Part shown: positions 1-8,777 of the stretch, piece after piece
Layout of the letters: each line of letters begins with the position of its first letter
Position numbering within the stretch: the first letter of the stretch is position 1
Source: a virus
Taxonomy: Duplodnaviria; Caudoviricetes
Virus record (IMG/VR): IMGVR_UViG_3300020725_000001
Span: 1 to 53,011 of that record
DNA length: 53,011 bases
Direction: 5' to 3' (one strand)
Notes under the pieces: model-generated
The model's database searches: none
Told to the model about the DNA's origin: nothing
What the model saw: only the letters and a program-made list of their open reading frames with translations
Made by a program: the position numbers and the translations under genes

Positions 1-189
1 CTCCTTAACAATTTCATGGATACGGGTTGCAGGAACGCGCAAAGCAATAGCCAAGGCGTTGACGCTCATATCCAGCGGAATCAAAAATTCTTCTCGCAGA
101 ATTTCGCCAGGGTGAATGGGGCGCATCCTGTTTCCGGTAGTGACATCGGAAAAATCCATACTGGCCATGTCTTCAATGTGAATGGTCAT
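1..189 (-). CDS. higA: HigA/VapI-family HTH antitoxin, truncated by window edge
   Basis: Manual translation MTIHIEDMASMDFSDVTTGNRMRPIHPGEILREEFLIPLDMSVNALAIALRVPATRIHEIVKE; PIHPGEILREEFL is the HigA signature; absent from ORF track. Confidence 0.85.
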   Translation of the reverse strand, partial: MTIHIEDMASMDFSDVTTGNRMRPIHPGEILREEFLIPLDMSVNALAIALRVPATRIHEIVKE

Positions 190-198
190 AATAAGCCC

Positions 199-531
199 CT
201 AGTACGCCAACTGCGCCAAAGAAATACCCAACGCTGTCGCCGCTTTTTCCAGCGTGGCCTTGCGTGGGCGTTTGGCAGATTCGATTTGTGCATAACCAGC
301 TTGAGTGATGCCCATACGCTCCGCCATATCAGTTTGTGTCAACAGCAAGTATTCACGCCAAGCTTGCAACATGCTCATATCTTCCATGATGCGCTTGCCG
401 ACGACAGCATTTGGAATCATGCCGGGAGCAATTGCTCCTGGAATTTTTACAAAATCGGCATAAGGCATCACAACAAACGCTGGCCTGCCGTCTGCTCCGT
501 TAATCATTTGGTAGTTAGTAAGTGCTTTCAT
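199..531 (-). CDS. Xre-HTH antitoxin (HigA-like, cognate of upstream toxin)
   Basis: LQAWREYLLLTQTDMAERMGITQAGYAQIE HTH; N-terminal DGRPAFVVMPY motif; overlaps toxin stop. Confidence 0.85.
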   Translation of the reverse strand: MKALTNYQMINGADGRPAFVVMPYADFVKIPGAIAPGMIPNAVVGKRIMEDMSMLQAWREYLLLTQTDMAERMGITQAGYAQIESAKRPRKATLEKAATALGISLAQLAY

Positions 532-772
532 CACGTTTTTTCACCTCTTCAATGTTGATAATATGAACATCGCCGTCGAACTCGAAAAACACTCGGTAAT
601 TGCCAGCCCGCAAGCGGTAGCTGTATTCATGGTTGACCAGCTTTTTTACGCCCTGACAATGTGGAAAATCAGACAAGGCTTGCGATTCAGTATAAACACG
701 CTTTCGTGCCTTACTATCCTTGATCTTTTCTATTTGCTTAAGCGCTTTAGGATTCCAGTTAATTTCGTTCAT
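515..772 (-). CDS. RelE/ParE-family (HigB-like) toxin
   Basis: MNEINWNPKALKQIEKI...YRLRAGNYRVFF...IEEVKKRDE; start moved to ATG at 772, downstream of a TTTACA-16-TATAAT promoter. Confidence 0.85.
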   Translation of the reverse strand: MNEINWNPKALKQIEKIKDSKARKRVYTESQALSDFPHCQGVKKLVNHEYSYRLRAGNYRVFFEFDGDVHIINIEEVKKRDESTY

Positions 773-821
773 AGCAGCAATTATAAGTATTTTATAAGCA
801 TTGTAAATAATTGTGTAAATT

Positions 822-850
822 TTGACAAAGTTACGAACCCCAGCTATCAT
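822..850 (+). promoter_or_regulatory. Sigma70 promoter of c4-rha operon
   Basis: TTGACA (822-827), 17 nt spacer, TATCAT (845-850). Confidence 0.75.
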
Positions 851-955
851 TTACCCACTGCCCCACATTGGGCAGGCGGGTTTGGTAGCTCGTGTAAGAC
901 AGGCGCAGAAGTTACGCGCCGAAAGGTTCGTGGCTTTTTTTATGCCCTTCACTTT

Positions 956-1035
956 ATGGTGGGTGGTGTATTGGGAGGCTTAACGGCCTGTCGGGTCCTG
1001 TCTCCGATCTACCAACCTGATACATTACCCACCGC
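956..1035 (+). ncRNA. C4-like antisense RNA (P1 c4 / P4 CI type)
   Basis: Closing stem GGTGGGTGGTGTAT/ATACATTACCCACC; internal CCTGTC (997-1002) and CTACCAA (1009-1015) are complementary to flanking GACAGG (898-903, 1076-1081) and TTGGTAG (882-888, 1043-1049). Confidence 0.75.
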
Positions 1036-1089
1036 CCAAAGTTTGGTAGCTTCGGTCGGTGGTTTAAATCCATTAGACAGGAGTTTCAA

Positions 1090-2094
1090 ATGAATAATCA
1101 ATCTCAAGTTACAACCGAATTACGCCCAGACGTTGCTGAAATCAATGGCGTTATCAAAACCACTTCACTTAAAGTTGCTGAATTTTTTGGCAAACGCCAT
1201 GACAATGTTATCAAGGCCATTAGAAATTTAGACTGCTCAGTCGATTTTGCTAAACTCAATTTTGAGGAGTGCCAACGAATCAACGAGTTAGCTAATGGTA
1301 AGCCTGAAATTTACTATGAGATGACTAAAAACGGCTTTATATTTTTAGCGATGGGCTTCACTGGCAAAGAAGCGGCTAAATGGAAAGAGTCGTATATCAA
1401 TGCTTTTGATCAACTAGAAGCTAAGCTTCAACAACTCCAAAAACCCCAATACGGCCTAAAGTCACTCGCCTCTCCGTTTATCAGCGAAGCCGAAGCCGCA
1501 CAGTTTAAAAAATCCATTGAAGCGTTCTGCAAAAGCGATGGTAAAGCTTATCCAATTTTGTATCGCAAGATTTATGAGCATTACGGTATCACCACTTACA
1601 AAAACATCCCTGCAGGTAAATTAGCAGAAGCAGCGCGTCTTTTAGGCATGAAGTTACTACCCCTAAAAAAGCAAGCCATTCCAGCCGAACCCCTTAAGCT
1701 GGAATTTACCCCCGAAGAACTCGAAGACTTAGTGGCAGAACGCATCAAAACCGTAGCCGGAGAAATTATGCCCAAACAACCCGAAGAGCCTGTGCAACAC
1801 AATAGCATCGCCATCAATCTTGTGCCGTTAGAAAATGGAGAAACTAGACGCTGGATAGTTACCCAAATGGCATCCGAAATAGGTATGTTTCACTCTATTC
1901 CTTCTGATCAATTGGTTCAAAGCAAAGCGAAGTTTATGGCTGACATAGGCGGGAGTAAAGAGTCGCTACAAGAATTGATTAGCAACCATATCCCTCTTGA
2001 GCTATTGCCTTGGTTGATTAATTTATCCAGTGAGCGCATGGGCGATTGTATTCAGAGTTTAACCATCAACACAACTGTTGCCGCTGCGGCTTAG
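1090..2094 (+). CDS. rha: Rha-family phage regulatory protein with extra C-terminal domains
   Basis: TTSLKVAEFFGKRHDNVIKAI...YEMTKNGFIFLAMGFTGKEAAKWKESYINAF. Confidence 0.9.
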   Translation: MNNQSQVTTELRPDVAEINGVIKTTSLKVAEFFGKRHDNVIKAIRNLDCSVDFAKLNFEECQRINELANGKPEIYYEMTKNGFIFLAMGFTGKEAAKWKESYINAFDQLEAKLQQLQKPQYGLKSLASPFISEAEAAQFKKSIEAFCKSDGKAYPILYRKIYEHYGITTYKNIPAGKLAEAARLLGMKLLPLKKQAIPAEPLKLEFTPEELEDLVAERIKTVAGEIMPKQPEEPVQHNSIAINLVPLENGETRRWIVTQMASEIGMFHSIPSDQLVQSKAKFMADIGGSKESLQELISNHIPLELLPWLINLSSERMGDCIQSLTINTTVAAAA

Positions 2095-2287
2095 GGAGTT
2101 TGGGGATGATTAAGTTAGCAAGTCTTAAAAGTAGTTTGACTAATGTGGCAATAACAGCAGCTTGCGCAATTAAAGCACCTGTTACCCATTTAATTAACTC
2201 GACTTTTAACTCAGACATGCTGACTTTCATCTCTTGTTTTAAGCTTTCTATGTCTTGCTTAGTCGCTAAGTCTGCTTTGCCTTGCAT
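2066..2287 (-). pseudogene. DUF1640/CCDC90-like paralog lacking its N-terminal head; normal stop after LVKLL lost
   Basis: ADLATKQDI...LKVELIKWVTG...ATLVKLL, then reads through the conserved spacer GCTAACTTAA. Confidence 0.65.
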
Positions 2288-2293
2288 AGGACG

Positions 2294-2566
2294 CTACGAT
2301 GGAAAAAATGACTTTAACACTAGTGACATGACACCGGCAATTAAAATGCCTAGCATCCAGCGATTAAGCTTTAGTTCGCCATCGATGCGCTCAAAGCGTA
2401 CATCAATATCTCGGCGTAAGTCGCTAATGTCGCGCTTACTAGCTAAGTCTGCTTCGCCTTGCGCATCACTAAAAGCGTCTGCGAAAGCTTCCGCCTGTTC
2501 TTCTTCAAGTCCGGCTGTCCTTAGTTTACGTACAAATTTATGGGTGTCAAAAGTGATGGTTGCCAT
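2294..2566 (-). CDS. DUF1640/CCDC90-like membrane-anchored coiled-coil protein
   Basis: TITFDTH head, LASKRDI neck, C-terminal TM ending KSFFPS. Confidence 0.85.
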   Translation of the reverse strand: MATITFDTHKFVRKLRTAGLEEEQAEAFADAFSDAQGEADLASKRDISDLRRDIDVRFERIDGELKLNRWMLGILIAGVMSLVLKSFFPS

Positions 2567-2599
2567 AGCTGTTCCTAGTGAAGTTAAGTTAGCGGGTTA

Positions 2600-2863
2600 T
2601 CAAAGTAGTTTGACTAGTGCAGCGATAACAGCAACAGCGACAGACAGCATCGTGCCCATTTTTATGGTTAAACGTAGTTCTAGCTCTTTTAGGTCGCGTT
2701 TAGTAGTGACGTTATCCAAATCATATTCATGCTTGGCTTGCTCAAGCGTAGATACGATAGCCGCTTTTTGTAAGCGCGTGATCGTTTCGGCCTGTTGGTC
2801 ACTAAAGCCTGATGACTTGAGTTCGTTAAAAAATTCGTGCGTATCAAAGTTGATGGCGGCCAT
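2600..2863 (-). CDS. DUF1640/CCDC90-like protein
   Basis: INFDTH...SGFSDQQAE...VTTKRDL...TM ending LVKLL. Confidence 0.85.
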   Translation of the reverse strand: MAAINFDTHEFFNELKSSGFSDQQAETITRLQKAAIVSTLEQAKHEYDLDNVTTKRDLKELELRLTIKMGTMLSVAVAVIAALVKLL

Positions 2864-2884
2864 TATTATTCCTAATGAGGTGAA

Positions 2885-3154
2885 TTATGAAGGGAAAAAG
2901 GCTTTTAATACTAGCGAGATAACGCCTGCTAACATTAAACCTATCATCCATTTGATAACTGCTAAATCAGTACGTATGGGCGCTAATTCTTGCTGGAGCT
3001 TAATGTCAAGATGCTCTTTGGTCACTAGTTCTTTAAGATTTACCTCAAGGGCTTCTGATAAAGCCTCTGCCTCAGCTTCTGCTTGTTTATCAGGTACGCC
3101 TGCTGATTTAAGTTTATTAGCAAATTTTAGCGTATCGAAAGTAATAGTGGCCAT
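2885..3154 (-). CDS. DUF1640/CCDC90-like protein
   Basis: TITFDTLK...AGVPDKQAEA...LVTKEHL...TM ending KAFFPS. Confidence 0.85.
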   Translation of the reverse strand: MATITFDTLKFANKLKSAGVPDKQAEAEAEALSEALEVNLKELVTKEHLDIKLQQELAPIRTDLAVIKWMIGLMLAGVISLVLKAFFPS

Positions 3155-3187
3155 GATGATTCCTAATGAAATTAAGTTGGCTGATTA

Positions 3188-3490
3188 TCAAAGTAGTTTA
3201 ACCAGTGCAGCAACGATGCCGATGGAGAAAGCCATAAGCGCACCTAGCTTAATGGTTAAGCGTTGCTCCATCTGGACAAATCTAGCATCTATATCACGAC
3301 GTAGATCATCAATATCGCGGTGTAAATCTTTTTGGGTAGCCAATAAGTCTTCTTTAGTGACTAACTCTTTAAGGTTAACTTCAAGTGCTTCTGCTAAGAC
3401 TTCTGCCTCAGCTTCTGCTTGTCTATCAGGCACGCCAGCAGCTTTAAGTCTATTAGCATATTTTAAAGTATCAAAAGTAATAGCAGCCAT
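3188..3490 (-). CDS. DUF1640/CCDC90-like protein
   Basis: ITFDTLK...AGVPDRQAEA...LVTKEDL...TM ending LVKLL. Confidence 0.85.
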   Translation of the reverse strand: MAAITFDTLKYANRLKAAGVPDRQAEAEAEVLAEALEVNLKELVTKEDLLATQKDLHRDIDDLRRDIDARFVQMEQRLTIKLGALMAFSIGIVAALVKLL

Positions 3491-3567
3491 AAGTAATCCT
3501 AGTTATTTTAATTTTTATACCAGTTTACCACGCTTAAAAACAATTTAATCAATCTAAAAAGGAAAGT

Positions 3568-4023
3568 ATGTCTATTAATAAGTGCGTTTTCATGGGCAAT
3601 TTGGGTGCTGATCCTGATCTGCGTTATTTACCCACTGGCACGGCTGTCGTTAATTTTTCGATAGCCTGTTCTAAGCGGTGGACAGATAAAGCCACTGGCG
3701 AGATTAAGGATAAAACCGAGTGGATTAGGTTGGTTAGCTTTGGTAGGCGGGCAGAGGTGATTGCCGAGCACTTTAAAAAAGGCAGTCTGATATATGTTGA
3801 GGGTGAGCAGTGTACTCGTAGCTATGAAAAAGACGGCGTTAAGCATTGGGTGACTGAGATAGTGGTATCAGAGTTTCAGTTTTGTGGACAGCAAGGTAAT
3901 AGTGGCAATGATGCTAGAGCCAGTCAGCAAGCAAGCGCTTATGGTAAGGCACAGCCTAATAATCCAACGATGCCGCCAGTGCCACCTGCTTATGAAGACT
4001 TTAATGACGATATACCTTTTTGA
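3568..4023 (+). CDS. ssb: Single-stranded DNA-binding protein
   Basis: INKCVFMGNLGADPDLRY OB fold; acidic tail DFNDDIPF. Confidence 0.97.
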   Translation: MSINKCVFMGNLGADPDLRYLPTGTAVVNFSIACSKRWTDKATGEIKDKTEWIRLVSFGRRAEVIAEHFKKGSLIYVEGEQCTRSYEKDGVKHWVTEIVVSEFQFCGQQGNSGNDARASQQASAYGKAQPNNPTMPPVPPAYEDFNDDIPF

Positions 4024-4026
4024 TGT

Positions 4027-4446
4027 ATGAAAGTCATAGGCATTGATCCAGGTCGCCACACTGGAATTGCTCTTTCAGACAATGGCAAGCTAACCGAGGT
4101 GTTTGAAACGGATTTTTGGGGGGCAATTCAGGTTATCGATAACTTTAAGTATGCCGCTATCGTGGTTGAATTACCCTCCAATAAGCATGTTTGGCATAAC
4201 AAAGCGGTAACAAAGGGCGCAATACAACGTACCGGTGTTAATGTCGGTTCATGTATTAGAGAAGCAGAATTATTAATTGCCTACCTTGCGAATAAAGATA
4301 GGCAAGTAATTATAGAAAAACCAGCCGGAAAAGTTAATAGCGCTGCATTTAAGGCATTAACAGGCTGGGAGAAGCAAACTAACCAACACATGCGCGATGC
4401 AGGCGTTATGGCGCATAAATATAGATACTTATCCCCTGAGGAGTAA
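4027..4446 (+). CDS. RuvC-like RNase H-fold nuclease (putative resolvase)
   Basis: VIGIDPGRHTGIA, VVE and NQHMRDA acidic motifs. Confidence 0.7.
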   Translation: MKVIGIDPGRHTGIALSDNGKLTEVFETDFWGAIQVIDNFKYAAIVVELPSNKHVWHNKAVTKGAIQRTGVNVGSCIREAELLIAYLANKDRQVIIEKPAGKVNSAAFKALTGWEKQTNQHMRDAGVMAHKYRYLSPEE

Positions 4447-4687
4447 ACAAAAATGAATACAGAGGTATTAATAATAGTTGTAACTACGGTATTTTTTACA
4501 GGTTATCTAATGTATATGGCCGCGAAGAATAACAGAGAATGATTGATATAGGTGTGATCGTGGTAAAGATTATAAATTTCATTGAATTCATTGTCTTAGT
4601 TTTAATGCTGCCGGTATTGATCTATGACATCTGCAAAAAAGATAGTCGTTTTTGTAAGTCCTCAAAATCAAGAGAAGAAGATAATTA

Positions 4688-4954
4688 ATGAATCGCTACA
4701 ACTGTAAGAATGGAATGATGGAATATTACACAGATCCTGATGGTTATTGGGTTACTTATGAAGATCACAGCAAAGCCTTAGATAGTGTTGAGCATGCACT
4801 TGATAATGCTTTAGAGGATGTGTTTGATCAGAAATATCTTATATCCGACATAAAATCAAAGCTTTCAAGCTCAAATAAACTAGTGACTAAACTACTTATA
4901 GTCATTGTGTCTTTATTAGCCTTTCAATTTTCAAAATACACAGGATTAATCTAA
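4688..4954 (+). CDS. Hypothetical protein with C-terminal TM helix
   Basis: ORF; DGYWVTYED motif; hydrophobic C-terminus. Confidence 0.6.
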   Translation: MNRYNCKNGMMEYYTDPDGYWVTYEDHSKALDSVEHALDNALEDVFDQKYLISDIKSKLSSSNKLVTKLLIVIVSLLAFQFSKYTGLI

Positions 4955-5203
4955 ATGAAACGATACAACCAAGGATTTTATAAGTTTGGCGCTATGGAGC
5001 AATGCGATACAGGGGAGTGGGCAAGGGTTGAGGATTGTTATGATCTTATAAATCATGAAAGGGAAGATTATTATTTTTGATATTCTGAATTAGCAAAAGA
5101 AATGTACCAAGAAAATAGCGCGTTATTGTTTAAGTTAAAAGTAGTTACCGCAGGGCTTATTGTCTCTTTTGTCACTAATGCAATGCTAATAGCGGTCATG
5201 TAA
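4955..5203 (+). pseudogene. Paralog of upstream gene interrupted by in-frame TGA (5078-5080)
   Basis: MKRYN...TGEWARVED resembles MNRYN...DGYWVTYED; frame continues after TGA to a C-terminal TM. Confidence 0.55.
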
Positions 5204-5311
5204 AGAGTTGGTATTTAACGTAGTTGTGAGGGGTTTAAGGCAGGACGACTAATAGTCTTCTGACGAAATTGAGAGAGTTGTAAACATGCCGCTTTTTTAT
5301 GGAGACTAGTA

Positions 5312-5842
5312 ATGGATATTAGCTATTTTAAATATGACGGGGCTTTGGGCGATTACTTTACTTGTCCAAAAGGATTAGGCACTTATTCAACTGATTTTTG
5401 TGCACGAATGTATACGGAGGCTATGTCTCCTGTGGGTTTAAAAGAAGGACTTAGATTTACATGCAAGTCATGCCAAGTCGGCGCTAAACATGCCGGTGCT
5501 TGCAGTAATTCAACATCCTGCTTTCTGGGTAAGCTATTGTGCTCAAGATGCCAAAAAGGTGCAAATCGATTAATTCGTGGCTCAATCTGCGTAAGTTGTT
5601 ACAACCGTGAGCGCGAAGTTTTGATAGGCAAAAATGCAAAAGGTTCGCCGCCTATTTTTTGCAAGGAAGTGGGCTCTGCTTATGTCTCATGCGCTATTGA
5701 TGCAGGTGAAACCACTCAAGTTAGAAAGCTTGATAAGGTAACGTCGCTAATGGAAGTCTATTTATCTATTTTACGGACTGCACCTAAGGCTGTTTGGTTT
5801 GGTATGGTTAACCCAACTCCTATCGCTGAGGCTAGTTATTGA
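5312..5842 (+). CDS. Cys-rich putative zinc-binding protein
   Basis: CKSC, CSRC and CVSC pairs; GGAG RBS. Confidence 0.6.
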   Translation: MDISYFKYDGALGDYFTCPKGLGTYSTDFCARMYTEAMSPVGLKEGLRFTCKSCQVGAKHAGACSNSTSCFLGKLLCSRCQKGANRLIRGSICVSCYNREREVLIGKNAKGSPPIFCKEVGSAYVSCAIDAGETTQVRKLDKVTSLMEVYLSILRTAPKAVWFGMVNPTPIAEASY

Positions 5843-6144
5843 TGGGATGGGAATTAATTGATCATGTCTGCAAGCATTGTGCAGGTCGTATTATTGAGCA
5901 AATGACAGATGAAGGAGAGTTTCGGTACCGCTGTACAAATTGCGGTGCTGAGGTGATAGGTGAGCATACCGAATTATGCTGGTGCGGGGCGTCTGTACAA
6001 AAGTATGGTCATGTCTTTGAGTGCTTTGTTAACCCAAAAAAATCAATATCAATGCCGCAAGAGGTTTTGATTAGAGAACGTGTGTTGCAGCCATTTACAC
6101 CATCTCTTTTTAGACATGCAAGTATTGATGACGACTATAAGTAG
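5842..6144 (+). CDS. Zinc-ribbon hypothetical protein
   Basis: CKHC, CTNC, CWC motifs; coupled to upstream stop. Confidence 0.6.
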   Translation: MGWELIDHVCKHCAGRIIEQMTDEGEFRYRCTNCGAEVIGEHTELCWCGASVQKYGHVFECFVNPKKSISMPQEVLIRERVLQPFTPSLFRHASIDDDYK

Positions 6145-6163
6145 GGCGTAGGAGTGGATATAG

Positions 6164-6190
6164 AAAAGCCTCGTTAAGGGGCTTTTTTAT
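6164..6190 (+). terminator. Intrinsic terminator separating early from late genes
   Basis: AAAAGCC-loop-GGCTTTTTT. Confidence 0.75.
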
Positions 6191-6202
6191 TTGCATTGAT
6201 TT

Positions 6203-6219
6203 GGTAGTGACAGCACGCT
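6203..6219 (+). promoter_or_regulatory. Putative late promoter (variant GGTAGTGAC-AG-CACGCT)
   Basis: One-mismatch copy of the recurrent motif, between terminator and terS. Confidence 0.6.
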
Positions 6220-6249
6220 TTGTGCATTAGAAGCTTATAGAGTTTAGAA

Positions 6250-6813
6250 ATGGCATATAGTGAAAAGGATTGGGAGGTTGTTAGGGCTTATTATCAGCAA
6301 GGACTATCCCTAGCAGAAATTATTGAAACGCCTGAGGTAAAGAAGATAGGCATTACCGATAGAAGCGGCATAAGCAAGAAAGCTAAAAAAGAGGGCTGGC
6401 TAAAAGGAAAAAATTCAACACTTGTTGAAAAAGTTATTCAATCTAAACAACTAGATAAAGAGATAGAAAAAGAAAAATCAACCTTTAATTCAACAGAGCT
6501 TGATATTTTCAACAGCATTGTTGACAAAAAGCTCCGTGATCTTGAATTGTGCGATAAGGCGCAAAGGCTGGTTATAGATATGACTATTAAAAAGCTTAAA
6601 CAGATTGGCATTGATAATGTTTCTTTTCAGGACATTAATGCTGCTGGATCTGCGATTCAAAAGTCTCGTGATGGTTTGGTTGGTAAAGAGCCTACTACAG
6701 TGATTAACAACAGCAATACGGCTATTGCACAAAGTCATTCAGTGTCATTGGTCAATATCCCTGCGCATGAACTTAAGCTGGCTTACTACGGCGAACTAGA
6801 TGATGAATATTGA
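6250..6813 (+). CDS. terS: Terminase small subunit
   Basis: N-terminal HTH (WEVVRAYY...ISKKAKKEGW); overlaps terL start. Confidence 0.75.
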   Translation: MAYSEKDWEVVRAYYQQGLSLAEIIETPEVKKIGITDRSGISKKAKKEGWLKGKNSTLVEKVIQSKQLDKEIEKEKSTFNSTELDIFNSIVDKKLRDLELCDKAQRLVIDMTIKKLKQIGIDNVSFQDINAAGSAIQKSRDGLVGKEPTTVINNSNTAIAQSHSVSLVNIPAHELKLAYYGELDDEY

Positions 6814-8413
6814 TAGAAAAGAAATTGATCTTAAAGCCAGATTGATTAACGAATTTGATTTTTTTATAAGGTATTTCTTTAAGCATCAATTTGGGCGTAA
6901 ATTCATTATGACGCCTCATTTTTATGAGATCATTGATGCGTTGGTTGAGGTGGTAAAAGGTAATATTACTCGACTTATTATCAATATCCCCCCTAGATAT
7001 GGGAAAACAGCCGTAGCCGTTAAAATGTTTGTGGCATGGGTATTGGCTAATAATCCGGGCGCTAAATTTATTCATTTATCGTTTTCTGATGATCTAGCGC
7101 TAGATAATTCAAGTGAGATAAGAGAGCTAATCAAGTCTGAAGAGTACCAGCGTATATTTGGGGTGGCTATTAGAACTGATTCGGATAGTAAAAAGAAATG
7201 GTACACGATGGCAGGTGGCGGCTTGTATGCAACGTCTACTGGTGGGCCAATTACTGGATTCGGAGCTGGCGCTAAAACTCGTGAGAGGGCGGGTACAAAT
7301 AGTCCGTGTGATGGTTTTGAGGGTTGTCTCATACTTGATGACCCATTGAAGCCCGATGATGCATTCTCAGATACAATGAGAAGCCGCATTAATACCCGCT
7401 TTAATAACACTATTGCTTCGCGTGTTAACTCACCAACAACACCAATTATAGTGATAATGCAGCGTTTGCATGAAAATGATATGACAGGTTTTTTACTAGA
7501 AGGTGGTAGTGGTGAAGAATGGCATCATGTTTGTTTATCGGCTATTAAGCCTGATGGAACTGCTTTGTGGCCTGAGATGCACACTATAGAAAAACTAAGG
7601 GCAATGGAGCAAGCAGATCCCTATACATTTGCTGGCCAGTATATGCAGATACCTTCGCCTTTGGCGGGTGGTATTATCAAGCCGGACAATATTAGCGTTG
7701 TGCAGGCTATTCCGCATGGTGTGACCGAATGGGTGAGAGGTTGGGATTTTGCAGCTTCTACAACGGGTGATTTTACTGCTGGCGCTAAGATTGGACGCTT
7801 AGCTGATGGTCGGTGCATTATCGCTGATATGGTGCGCATAAGAGTGTCGCCTGATGAGCGAGATGCTGCATTGGTTAATACAGCGGCTCGTGATGGTGAT
7901 AACTGCCGCATATCTATTCCGCAAGATCCTGGGCAAGCGGGATTAACTCAGGTTAAATATTTGGTGCGTAGTCTGTCTGGATTTTCAGTTAAGGCTACAC
8001 CTGAGTCTGGTAATAAGGTGGTAAGGGCTGAGCCGTTTGCTGCTCAGATCAATGTCGGTAATGTGGTCATGCTTAAGGCTGATTGGAATGATGCGCTTAT
8101 CAGTGAGATGCGTATGTTTCCTAATGGTACGTTTGATGACCAAGTTGATGCGCTTTCTAGGGCGTTTTCAATGCTTATTGGCAATGAGCCCGCTATGATT
8201 TTCATTCCTGACGTAAGCAAGCCGGTTAATCCAGTGCAGGCACGCATATCAAAAGAAATGCCTGGGCTGCCTAGTGGTGTTATTGATGCAATTCAAGTGC
8301 CTGATGGAAACTTTTGCGGAAACTGCTCTGCGTATAGCGAGGGAAAGTGTTTAGATCGTGGGTTTTTGGTAGCTGTTCGTGATGTTGGGTGTCAATCATT
8401 TATACAAAGATAG
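6800..8413 (+). CDS. terL: Terminase large subunit
   Basis: INIPPRYGKT Walker A, LILDDP, IMQRLHENDMTG, RGWDFA, DDQVDALS nuclease motifs. Confidence 0.96.
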   Translation: MMNIDRKEIDLKARLINEFDFFIRYFFKHQFGRKFIMTPHFYEIIDALVEVVKGNITRLIINIPPRYGKTAVAVKMFVAWVLANNPGAKFIHLSFSDDLALDNSSEIRELIKSEEYQRIFGVAIRTDSDSKKKWYTMAGGGLYATSTGGPITGFGAGAKTRERAGTNSPCDGFEGCLILDDPLKPDDAFSDTMRSRINTRFNNTIASRVNSPTTPIIVIMQRLHENDMTGFLLEGGSGEEWHHVCLSAIKPDGTALWPEMHTIEKLRAMEQADPYTFAGQYMQIPSPLAGGIIKPDNISVVQAIPHGVTEWVRGWDFAASTTGDFTAGAKIGRLADGRCIIADMVRIRVSPDERDAALVNTAARDGDNCRISIPQDPGQAGLTQVKYLVRSLSGFSVKATPESGNKVVRAEPFAAQINVGNVVMLKADWNDALISEMRMFPNGTFDDQVDALSRAFSMLIGNEPAMIFIPDVSKPVNPVQARISKEMPGLPSGVIDAIQVPDGNFCGNCSAYSEGKCLDRGFLVAVRDVGCQSFIQR

Positions 8414-8420
8414 GAAAAGC

Positions 8421-8678
8421 TCAAAGTAGCTTAACCAGGGCTGCAACAATTCCGATAGCAAAAGCCATTAATGCGCCTTGTTTAATAATTAGTCGTTGTT
8501 CCATTTGAATTAAGCGCGTGTCTATATCTTTACGTAAATCGTCTATATCTCGTTTAGTTGATAATTCATGCTGTGATTCAACAATAACGCGTACAAAGGC
8601 ATCAGCCTGTTCTTGTGTAACGCCAACTGATTTTAATTTAATGACGGCTTCTTGGGTATCAAAAGTAATAGTGGTCAT
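8421..8678 (-). CDS. DUF1640/CCDC90-like protein (moron)
   Basis: MTTITFDTQE...LSTKRDIDDLRKDID...AALVKLL. Confidence 0.85.
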   Translation of the reverse strand: MTTITFDTQEAVIKLKSVGVTQEQADAFVRVIVESQHELSTKRDIDDLRKDIDTRLIQMEQRLIIKQGALMAFAIGIVAALVKLL

Positions 8679-8728
8679 ATTTTCCTCGAAGTTTTAATGA
8701 CAGCATGATCTTGTTAGGTATTATTATA

Positions 8729-8745
8729 GGTCGTGACACTACGAT
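8729..8745 (+). promoter_or_regulatory. Putative late promoter GGTCGTGAC-AC-TACGAT
   Basis: Recurrent intergenic motif upstream of portal. Confidence 0.75.
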
Positions 8746-8777
8746 TACCAGAATAAATAATTTTCTGGTAATCAACT

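Noticed and set aside
16-558. 180-aa plus-strand ORF
   Set aside because: Shadow of two minus-strand antitoxin genes
563-1093. 176-aa ORF (ash-like C-terminal part)
   Set aside because: Overlaps the toxin antisense and the C4 RNA; its sequence is better explained by RNA structure
2046-3548. 500-aa plus-strand ORF
   Set aside because: Antisense shadow of the in-frame DUF1640 array. Stops in this frame need Tyr/His/Gln codons on the coding strand, which are scarce; the product is Ser-rich and not protein-like.
5078-5080. Stop-codon reassignment (TGA)
   Set aside because: Single case; TGA, TAG and TAA all end recognisable full-length genes elsewhere
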